Origin: the human T2T-CHM13v2.0 reference genome, Homo sapiens
Assembly (NCBI RefSeq): GCF_009914755.1
Contig: NC_060931.1
Strand: one strand, 5' to 3'
Length of the DNA stretch: 64,000 nt
The notes under the pieces are model-generated. The model saw nothing but the letters and a program-made list of their open reading frames with translations. It did not search any database and was not told the origin of the DNA. Position 1 is the first letter of the stretch; every line of letters starts with the position of its first letter. The translations under genes and the position numbers were made by a program. Below, in pieces: positions 1-11,579 of this stretch.

Positions 1-59
1 TTATTTTTTTCTGCTCCACTGTTATTTTTGGAAGCATTTTCATTTTCTGTATGAGCTTC

Positions 60-440
60 TATTGCCTGAACTGCTGTAATAGTTTTCTAACTGAGCTGTC
101 TCCTTATACCCTTTGCCCCATACTCCCCATAGCTTATTTTCAGCATAGGAGTCAGGATGATTTCCATAAAACCTAAAATCATGTCACTCCTCCGCCTATT
201 TCACTCACAGTAAAAATTTAAGTTCTTCTTTGGCCTACAAGGCCCTTCATGTTTTAGAATCCTTTTGTGTCCCTGACCTTGTATGCTTTCTCCTTTTTAT
301 GCATTGGGCACAATCTGTTTTACATCTAACAGTCATGCTCCTACTTCAAGGCTGTTGCACTGCCTGGAATGCTTTCCCTTAGCGAATCTGCAAATCTCTC
401 CCCTTCATCTTCTTCTTGTTCTGCTTATAACCATTTTAGG
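60..440 (+). mobile_element. L2 LINE 3' fragment
   Basis: Degenerate L2 motifs: ctgtaatagttttctaactg, atcatgtcactcctc, tggcctacaaggccct, tgcctggaatgcttt. Confidence 0.7.
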
Positions 441-1529
441 GAAATACATAGACTAAATGTATTACCTACTTTTTAGTAAAAAACAATCAAAAGCTGATAT
501 CAGAATATTCAGAGCACTATATGTTAGTGTTTTTTATGTTATGAACTGTTTTCAAAACTCCCAAGTTGTAGGTTCATTTATTTTCAATAAATCATTTATT
601 CCTTTTCATCAAATTCCAAGATAAAGAATTCATAATTGTTATAACTTTGCCACATTTAGATACTTTCCTGAATACTATTTGAATTTTGGCGCTCGGTGGG
701 CACAAAACAGGAAAGTAGTATTTCTTACTTAGTAAATATAGATAAAAGTTTATTTTTGCCAGGGTAAATTAGATGTTGTATTTATAGCCCTGGCACCAAT
801 TGCCTGTAATTAAGGTTAGGAACATTAACTGAGCAACTTCTATGAACCACACATTGCTTCAAGTATTTTTATTTAAATAATTCTATTTAATTATGTTAAC
901 AACTCTTTGATATGTTTATTCCTCTTTGAGGAATACTATTTCTGCTTTATAGATGAGAAATTCTGACTTAATAATTAACTATCTGTGCCTTCTGGCATGT
1001 CTACTTCTTATTTTTCTGTTCTGTACATGAAAGTTGGTTGTTAACCTCTCAGATTCTGAGTTTAGAGGATAGAAAATCAACCACTTGCCATAAAAGTAAC
1101 TTCGGCCTGGTCGATTTATCTCCTCAGGCCAGGGTTTCCTCTTCTGCAAACAGTAAGGACTGTAATAACTGTAATTTTTATACAGCGATCTTTCTGATTC
1201 CACTGAACCAGAGCAGAGTAGAGGCAAAAGCATTCAGACTTTGCCTCTAATGTTTCATCAAATCTTACTTTTTTCTTTGCTAACTTTCTCTGGCTGCTAT
1301 GATCCTTCCAATTTCCCCTAAAGGCCAGAGAAAAAAATTGGTGGAGAATGGGCAACAAATGATTGTATTTGGAGTTTCCATACACAGGAAATTCATTTTT
1401 TGATTCAGAAGTAATTATTCTATTGAATATCAGACTGCCATAACTTGAATAATTATAGCAAACAAATTCCAGCATTTTAACCATTTAAAAATAGTTTTTG
1501 CCCACCGCAATGTTTTATTTTAGCCTTTA

Positions 1530-1605
1530 AGCAATTCTATGAGGTAGAACTCATCATTATTGTCATATTATAGATGAGCAAACAGGTTCAGTAAAATATC
1601 TGTGC
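1530..1605 (-). mobile_element. MIR fragment
   Basis: ctatgaggtag...attatagatgagcaaacaggttcag resembles the MIR core. Confidence 0.55.
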
Positions 1606-2128
1606 AAAACTTCACTGTTGCAAAACTCCAAATATAGCATTTTTCTTATACCACCTGGCTACTAATAAAAAAAATGAGAGACTGCTATTAATTTGTCTGA
1701 TTGTAGTTGACATGGAAAGGAAGAAAATAAATAAGGTAATGCAGCAATTTTCTTTAGAGAATATAGAGAATTGAATGAGCTTTCCTAATCTTAACACAAA
1801 GCCTTCCCTTTATTTGATATGTATTTTAGGCCAGGGAAAGAAATAACTGATTCATTTTTGCTTCAGAAGTAGCATGAATTAAAAGATGGAAGTATTCTTT
1901 CTTGATAACTTTGTTACTGTTTTCCTTATCCAATTTTATGTTTGAAGTAAAAATCAGAACACTTTTCCTTTGCCACATCGATAAATGATGATTTGTTGAT
2001 TTTGTTTTTAACCTGGAGAGTTTCTTTGTAGATGTACTATTTTATACATCTTTATAGATCATATTTCAGGGAAATGTTGTGGGTGTAATCCTTAAAATTA
2101 AACTCACATGTTTTTCAGCACATGTGCT

Positions 2129-2315
2129 TGTCTTGCTCAGTTTGGGTTGCTATAACAAACACCATAGATGGAGTGGCTTAAACAATGGACATTTACTTTT
2201 CACAGTTGTGGAGGGTGAGAAATCCAAGATCAAGGCTCTGATAGCTTTGGTCTGGTGAGGGTGCACTTCCTGATTTGTAGATGGACAACTCCTTGCTGTA
2301 TCTTCACATGGATGA

Positions 2316-2350
<35 letters not shown>

Positions 2351-2515
2351 AGCAACCTCTCTTGTGTTTCTCTTAAAAGGGCACCAAATTCATCATGAAA
2401 CCTCTACCCTGGTGATCTAATTACCTTCTAAGGGCCCTGTCTCCAAACACCATCACACTAGGGATTAGGGTTTCAACATATGAATTTGGGGGAGACATAA
2501 ACATTCAGTTAAAAA
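2129..2515 (-). mobile_element. MLT1A-type MaLR solo LTR with internal (GA)n
   Basis: gttgctataacaaacaccataga, tccaagatcaagg, tttcaacatatgaatttggggg; (GA)n at about 2317-2350. Confidence 0.85.
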
Positions 2516-3182
2516 ACACACATGTGAACAAAAATTAGAAAATAAGATATCATTTTTTCTTTTATCCAGGGAAAATAACCAATTATTCTCATGACTATCT
2601 TATTATATACAAATTAAATGTATAATTATAAAAATGGAATCCATCTGTATGTACTATTTTTAATCTTCTTTTTTTACCTAAACATATTTTACAATTCTTC
2701 CTAAGTAATCATATATATATTTTTGTACACTTTTTTTGTTATATTTGCATTTACCAGTAATTTTCCTCAATGATATTTTTCTGTTTTGCCATCTTGGGTG
2801 ATTGGTATGGTGAATTTTGTTTTATTCTATTTTCTGCTTTTTTTTTACAGTGACCTGTTCTCGAGCCTAAGAATCTCTTGGGCCACCCAGCCCCACAGAG
2901 GCCAGTAGGAGGTCAACTCTCCACCTCCCTAAAAAAAAAAGTATGTGCACAGTAACTCCATGTGGCACTGCATTCCTTGCTAGAGGTTAGAGGGGTAGGT
3001 ACTACTGAACTGTGACTTTGGGAAAAACACTTGGATTCATGGAAGCAAGTGGGGGTCCCAAGAGCCCACCCATACTTCTGAGACAGACCCTCTCCTGTGT
3101 TCTTCTGTCTTCAAGAAGGACAGGCAGCCCTCCCATCACTGGAAATCTGCAGTTAAAGTCACTGTCAGTGGAGATAACACTA

Positions 3183-3677
<495 letters not shown>

Positions 3678-3811
3678 TTATGTTGTCATTGTGTAACACT
3701 CTAACCCGTGTCCCCACCTGGAAACAGATGGTCTCTGTTCTGGGAGGTGACACCATGGCACCAGGGATACAACCATGGCCTAAAGAATCAGGGTACTGCC
3801 TGGTCAGTACA

Positions 3812-3848
3812 GCCCTGCCCTGCCCCGCCCTGCCCTGCCCACCCCGCC
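3812..3848. repeat. (GCCCT)n-like pentamer repeat
   Basis: gccctgccctgccccgccctgccctgcccaccccgcc. Confidence 0.85.
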
Positions 3849-4389
3849 TCAAGTTTGTTTCACAATTAAAATATTGCCTTGTTTAAAAGAAATGTGCATA
3901 GTAACTCAGAAAAAATGCATAAAATATAAAGGAACAGCTTAATGTGTTATTTTAAAGTAATCTCATGTAAACACCAGGTGTAAACCTCACCCCGATGCAT
4001 GTCTGCTTAACCTCTGGTCCTCCACAGAACATAAAGACATTAACTAAAGGTAACTTGATATGACAGCATAGAAAGGGTGGTTAAAGAAAGAGAGTATGAA
4101 AAGAAATCACAAAATTAGAAAAAAGAGGGTAAAAAAAGGAGGTCATAGGAGAGAGTTGTGTCATGCTAGATAAGAAAATAGTTAAAAACAAAGGAGAAAG
4201 TAATGCAAAGCTCCAGCATCCTCAAATAATCTCGGAAAATGAAGGCTGAGACTTGTCCAATGCGTTTGGAAATAAACAGGAAATCGATGACATTTTTTGC
4301 ATAATAATTTGGTAGATAAAATGAAGGAAGGTCCTCAGACTTCAGTGAAGTGAATAGAAAGTGAAGAAATATACAGTTTTCTTTCAAAA

Positions 4390-6415
4390 AAAGATAAAAA
4401 GGTATTTCATGGTTATGGATTGGAAGAATTAATGTTATCAAAATGATCTCTATCAAAATACCAATTACATTCTTCACAAAAATGGAAAAAAAATCCTAAA
4501 ATTTGTAGGAAACAACAAATGATTCTAGATAGCCAACACAGTCCTGAACAACAACAACAAAAAAACTGGTGGCATCACACTATCTGACTTCAAAATATAC
4601 TACAAAGGTATAGTAACCAAAACAGCATGGTACTGGCATAAAAACAGGCACATAGAACAATGGAACAGAATACAGAACCCAGAAAGTGATCCATGGATTT
4701 ACAGCCAACTTATTTTTTATAAAGGCACCAAAACACATCCTTCAATAAGTGGTGGGAAAACTGGATATTCATAAATGTAGAAGAATGAAACTACAGCATA
4801 TCTTTCACCATATATGGGAGTCAAACTAAAATGGATTAAAGCCTTAAATGTAAAACCTTAAACTGTGAAACTACTAGAGAAAACATTAGGAAAGAACTTC
4901 AGGACATTGGCCTAGGCAAAAACTTTTTGGGCAAGACCTCAAAAGCAATGGTGACAAAAGCAAAAATAGACAAATGAGATTATATCAAGTTAAAAGCTTC
5001 TGCACAGCAAACAATCAATAAAGTGAAGAGACAATATATAGAATAGAAAAAATAATTGCAATCTATTCATACAAGGGATTAATATGGGCAAATGATCTGA
5101 ATAGATTTTTCTCACAAGAAGACATGGCCAAGGGTATATGAAAAAATGCTCAACATCACTAATCGCGGAAATGCATATTAAAACCACAATGAGATATCTC
5201 ATCCTAATTAAAATGGCTGTTATTACAAACACAGAAAATAACAAATGCTAGCAAGGATGTAGAGAAAGGGGATCCCTTGTACACAGTTGGCGGGTATGTA
5301 AATAAGTACATGATATGGTTTGGCTGTGTCCTCACCCAAACCTCATCTTGAATTGTAGTTTCTATAATCCCCAAGTGTTGTGGAAGGGACCCACTGGAAG
5401 GTAATTGAATCATGGGGGTGGTTACCCTCATGCTGTTCTCCTGATAGCGAGCAAATTCTCATGAGAGCTGATGGTTTTATGAGGGGATTCTCCCCTCCCC
5501 CTTTGCTCTGCACTTCTCTTTGCTACTGCCATGTGAAGAACGACATGTTTGCTTCCCTTTCTGCCATGATTGTAAGTTTCCTGAGACCTCCCTGGCCCTG
5601 CAGAACTGTGAGTCAATTAAACATCTTTCCTTTATAAATTACCCAGTCTCAGGTATTTCTTCATAGCAGTGTGAGAACGAACTAATACAGTGTGCCACTG
5701 TGGAAGACAGTATGGAGGTTCCTGAAAAAACTAAAAATAGAACTGCCATATGATTCAGCAATTCCACGATTAGATATATATACACAATATAAAAAATAAA
5801 TATATTGAAGTGATATCAGCACTATGTTTATTGCAGCACTATTTACAAAAGCTAAGATATGGAGTCAACCTGTGTCCATCAAGGGATGAATAAATGAAGA
5901 AAATTTATTTATACTCAATGAAATAGTATTTTGTCATAAAAAAGAATGGCACCCTATCATTGTCAGCAGCATGAATGGAATGAGAGGACCTTATGTTAAG
6001 TGAAGTTAGCCAGGCACAAAAAAACAAACATTGCATGTTCTCACTCACTAAAAAATTGATCTCATGAAGGTAGTAAATAGAATGATAGTTGACAGAGGCT
6101 GGGAAGAGTTCTGAGGAGGAGGAAATGAAGAGGAGTTGGTTAATGGCTATAAAAATACAGTTTGATAGAAGGAATAATTTCTAGTGTCTGATAGCATAGC
6201 GTGGGGACTATGATTAACACTAATTTATGGTATATTTCAAAATAGCTAGAGGTTTGGAATGTTTCTACATAAGGAAATGATAAATTTTTGAGGTGATGAT
6301 GGATATCCTAATTACCCTAATTTGATTATTATGCATTGTATGTATGTGTATGTGTAATAATCAAAATATCCCATGTACTTCATAAATATGTTCAACTATT
6401 ACGTATTAATAAAAA
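4390..6415 (+). mobile_element. L1MA-type LINE, 5'-truncated (ORF2 end plus 3'UTR), interrupted by THE1
   Basis: atggattggaagaattaat, aaaacagcatggtactggcataaaaacag, 3'UTR atatttcaaaatagctaga / tgaggtgatg / attaccctaatttgat. Confidence 0.92.
5311..5689 (+). mobile_element. THE1 (C/D-like) solo LTR
   Basis: tgatatggtttggctgtgtcc ... ccatgattgtaagtttcctgag ... actaataca. Confidence 0.95.
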
Positions 6416-6469
6416 AGAGAAGAAGTATATCAGAGAAAAAAAGAAACAGAAATCAATGTCCAGAAGGGG

Positions 6470-7095
6470 ATTTTTTTTACAGTTTTTGAACAATTTTTAT
6501 TTCAATAGCTTTTTGGGTACACGTGTTTTTTTTGGTTACATGGATCAATTATATAGTGGTGAATTGTGCTGCTATAATTATGAGATTTTTAGTGCACCCT
6601 TCACTCATGTAGTGTACATTATACCTAATGTGTAAAGTTTTTTTTTAATTTCTAGCTCCCCTCCCCCTTATGAGTCTCTAATGTTCATTGTGTGACACTG
6701 TGTACCTTTGCTTATTCATAGCTTATCTTCCACTTATAAATGAGAACGTAGGATATTTGGCTTTCCACGTCTATGTTACTTTACTTAGAATAATGGCCTC
6801 TAGCACCATCCAAATGGCTCTAGAAGACATTCTTTTGTTCCTTTTCAATGGCTAAGTAGTATTCTATGGTGGATATAAACACATTTTCTTTATTCATTCA
6901 TTCGTCGATGGGCACTTAGGTTGGTTCCACATCTTTGCAATTGTCATCGTGCTGCTATAAATATAAGTGTGCAAATGTCTTTTTCATATAATAACATCTT
7001 ATCCTTCGGGTAGATACCCAACAGTTAGATTGCTGGATCAAATGGTAGCTCTACTTTTAGCTGTTTAAGGAATCTCCATACTGTTTTCCATAGAG
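6470..7095 (-). mobile_element. L1PB-type 3' end
   Basis: tttatttcaatagctttttggg, ccacttataaatgagaac, gattgctggatcaaatggtag; probable TSD aggggattt on both sides. Confidence 0.9.
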
Positions 7096-7799
7096 GGGAT
7101 TTACTCACAGAAGTTTATTGTAGTTGTATTACTTGTTTTCTTATTTGTTAGAAGAGAGGTTAAGTATCTCTGTAGTCAGAGGGGAGGAGCAAACAAGTAG
7201 TAAAGTGTTGCAAGTGAGAACCGCAGCAGAGTGTTGAAGACAGGAAACATGCAATCAGGGCATAGAGAGGGAGATAAGTTATGAATAGAGGAAAATGGAG
7301 TGAAAGAGGAACCATAAGATATGCAGGATGGAGATCATTTGAAGTTAAGGGTGTTCTCTATCTGGCTCCTGTTTCCTCAGTGAAATAATTTGCAAGGACA
7401 TTTACTAATGTTGATAAGGGCAGCCTCGGAGTTTTCGAATATTTTAGCGAGACAGGAGATGATATAATAGAAGTAAGATAAAATGAAACACAGGTGTTGA
7501 GAAACCAAAGGAAGTTGGAAAACACTCATTGGTATTTGCACCAATCTGAAGGTTGTGTGACCTTTTTCCTGCCGCACTTAAGCAGATCAGGGTAGGGAAA
7601 TGTGGAGTTCTTTGCGCTATATGGGGCAAATGGGCAAGGGAGATAGGGCATATTCTTACTTTACATGATCAATTATGGAGTCTAAACAGGGTAGGGAGGA
7701 AAGTAAGACAAGAGGTATACTGAGGAGAGGGAAGGACCAAGGGATTTGCGATTTGTGGTCAAAAATCAAAGTATCCTGAGTGAAGCACTGAAACACTGA

Positions 7800-8127
<328 letters not shown>

Positions 8128-8142
8128 TAAAAGTATTGGTGT

Positions 8143-8511
8143 GTGTTTTAGTTCATTCAGGCTTCTATAAGTAAACATGATAAACTGGGTGCCTTATAAA
8201 CAAGAGAAATTTATTTCTCACCGTTCTGGAGGCTAAGTCCAAGATCAAGGGACCAGCGAGACTGTCAGCTGCAGGCCAGATTTCTGGTTCAAAGGTAGAA
8301 ACTTTCAGCTCTTTCCACTGTCTACTCACATAGTGGGAGGAGCTAGGGATTTTTCTGGGGCCTCTTCTATATGGCCACTAATCCCACTCATGAGAGTTCC
8401 ACCCGATTGAGTTAATCTTCTCCCAGAGTCTCCACCTCCTAATACTATCACCTTGGAGGTTAGGATTTCAACATATGAATTTTAGGAGGACGTAAGTATT
8501 CAGTTCATTGC
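8143..8511 (-). mobile_element. MLT1A-type solo LTR
   Basis: aaatttatttctcaccgttctggaggct, tccaagatcaagg, gttaggatttcaacatatgaatttt. Confidence 0.87.
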
Positions 8512-9719
8512 ACTATTACTACATGAGAAAAAAATATGTTGACTTTTCTCTACCATTGTTTAAAAACCTGTTTTAAAGAGGAATTAGGCTAAAATTGTGT
8601 TTAGAGATGAAGCACTGATTGATGCCTGTAGATTTATAGTACATTTGTCTGGACAGTAGTAAGTTCCTAAGCTATCAGAAATTTGGTAATAAGGTTGATG
8701 ATATGCTGATTATTTGTAATCAGCATTACAAGTGATAATGCTGATTATTTGAAAGCCAAAGGTTCTTAGGGAATTCTTAGGGAATTCCTAAGCTTAAAGA
8801 AATTAATAAAATAAAAAATCAGCTGAGATTTTGTCTTGTTAATTTAGAAAACACTTTTTAAGCTGTCTTTCTAAAAATCTCTGGAGTTACCTCACAGGAA
8901 TATGTGTGTTGCAACAATACATTTGTAGCATGCATAACACAGAAGGAAAAAGAGAAGGAAATTAGTTTTCGAAATTGCTAATTCAAGTTGAGCATAAAAA
9001 TATCCAGTGACCTGGCACCATTCTGTCAATTTTCCTCTCACTTCCTGTGTTGGTAGAGATGTGTACACCCTAAATGGATGGGTGAAAGCTATTAGCAATC
9101 TGTCATAAAAAGAAATTGATTTTTTTTTAATTTTAAAAATGCATCTTACCCAGGAGCTCTTTGGTGCTTTACAGAGATGGAAAGACTCAATAATTTATTT
9201 ATAGTAAGTTCAGAGCTAGGCAAGGGCAATCAAAAAATTCCTTGCACAGTACAGGGATGATTTACTAAGAGAAAACTAAGAGAATGCTGGAAGTAGTTAT
9301 CACATGCAAATCCTCTCATTTGTTTAATATAAATATATATCTAACTTATCTGTGGCTGATTATCCATGTATTTAAGTCACTTTAGCAAAAATGTCAAACA
9401 TAAAAAATGTAAAGTGTTATTGCAGATACTTTTTGTTATAAATTATAAAGGCAATAGACTGTACAACTAAGATCAAATACATATTATCAAATGGTGTCAA
9501 AATTTGGTGTGCCCTGGCATTTTAACTGTTTGATTTATTAAGAGTGTTTTTTACTCTTAGTAGTGTAATTTCTTAGAGATAGATACGTTCTTTGCATTTT
9601 AATTTTTGAACTTGAAGCCCATGTTAACAGCACATTGCCTGGGCTTCCTGCCTGTATGCTTGCCTTCTTTTTTTCATTATTCCTCTTTTTTATTCATTTC
9701 TTTCGAATAATTTAGTCTA

Positions 9720-10520
9720 AAAGCCTGATGATGAGGCCAAGGAAGGTAGATTTCCAAGTACGGTGGGTGGCTCTCCTGTCAGAGTTTAGAGCTCGAGCAA
9801 GGAAAGTGCCAGGGGTTGAAGCCCAAGTGAGGAAAGTGGTCATCTTGGGTTGTAGCCTAGTGAGGTCAAAAGATTGGTTACATAAGTGATATTGATAAAA
9901 TTGGTACATGTGTTTAGAACAGTGGGAGTTAGGTTTCTCACTGACAGAGAAAAAGTTATAAATATGGAAAGATGAAAAAATACAATAAGCATTCTGTGCT
10001 ATATTGGAGTTGAAAGCGTCAGAGGGAACATATAATTTTAATATGTATAGATAAGTGTAGAAAAGCATAGGTGTGTGTGTGTTTTCTAGCGTGGCTCACT
10101 AAAAGGGCCTGGTAGCATTGACATTTCAATCACAATGAACACACATAGTGCCAGATCTTGGCTTCTAAAGATCATTCTCCACTAAGAGAAATCAGAGCTT
10201 CTTGGAGAAATGGCTAACTTCAGGGTAGTGGGAGGAAAAATACAAAATGCCCAGAATCTGTTGTGTTGGGAAGTGAGACAGTGAACTAAGAATGATGGAG
10301 ATATGTTAAAAGAACACAAAACCAGCTTGAAGGGGTCACCACTGGCCACATTGGGGAAAATTTGACCATTACAATAAATAACCGTAAATTTTTATAATCC
10401 ATTGACTAGAACAGGAATCCGTGAGTCTGTAGTGATGTAAATAATTCAATAGTTGAGAAGAAACAGTTCTTTTTTATAGTATGATGCCAACTAATAGATA
10501 CAGAAGAAATTGTAAAAATT
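9720..10520 (+). mobile_element. L1MC/L1MD-type 3'UTR fragment
   Basis: ccagatcttggcttctaaagatcattctcca, cttggagaaatggct, ttaggtttctcactg. Confidence 0.75.
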
Positions 10521-11579
10521 AAACTTTGCTGTTTTAATGTTAATCACTTTATTTTGATGGATGCCCTGGACTTAGATGGATGCATGTCCTCACTTATAGG
10601 AAAACTGCACAAAGGTAGCCAGAGTTAACTCGGCATAATGTTGGCAAATTACTCCGAAAGATGCAGAAAGAAAAAATTCATACTCTTCTTGCAAAATACT
10701 ATCATTGTAAATTTGGAATTACTTCAAACAAAAAACTTTAAAAAAAACTATAATGATCACATTTTCTATGAACACAATATGGCTATTTCTGTGTATAAAA
10801 AATTATGTTGGAGAAGTAGAAAAGATTACTGCTTTTGCTTATTTTTTTCCAGGTATAAAGCATCATCAGTAGGTGTGGTTGGGCTTCATCCCCAAAATGT
10901 TATTTGAGGGATAAGCTCTGTAATTTTTAGGAAGGCTGAATTCAGTCAACCATAGGAAAGATTCATGTGATTCTAGTGTGGGAGTAGCATTTACAGACGT
11001 GTTTGGCTCCATGAAAGAAACCAAGATCCCCAGTCACTCAGATGTAGCTCCTCCTTGAACTTGTATCCTCAAATGAAGCAAGGGGGAGAAAGTGGCACCA
11101 TAAAAGAACTGCTCCTCAAGAAAGGGAAGCGCAGAATCACTAGAGGCATCTAGGTGACAGAGCTAGTACCCATGGGGAAGCAGTATAGGCAATGGAGTGA
11201 GCTTGGCAAATTCACAGCGCAATACTGTAACTATTGAAACTGTAACATATAAGGGTTCTCATTCCTGGGTCTACCAGACAGTATTATACAAACCCTGGCC
11301 TAAGTGTAGGTCATTGATAAATTTGTGACATTCCTTGATTATGGAATGTTTTACAATTTTTCTTTTATATGTTTCATTTAAAATTTTATAACTTTTTAAA
11401 TGGGGGTTTCCTCAAACTCTGATGATGATTTGTATTTTTGACATTTTCCCTGACTTTCACCTGAGCCTAGACCTGTTAATAATATTTGCATAACAATATA
11501 GGATGGCTTTAATCACTTTAATTAAACAATTATAATATCTTTAATAGGAAATGAATACATAAAATAGCCTTTTATTAAA

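Noticed and set aside
1116-1484. 122-aa ORF containing KKVRF (PP1 RVxF-like motif)
   Set aside because: No recognisable homology; the ORF runs through a polypyrimidine tract and low-complexity AT-rich sequence, and a short motif is expected by chance
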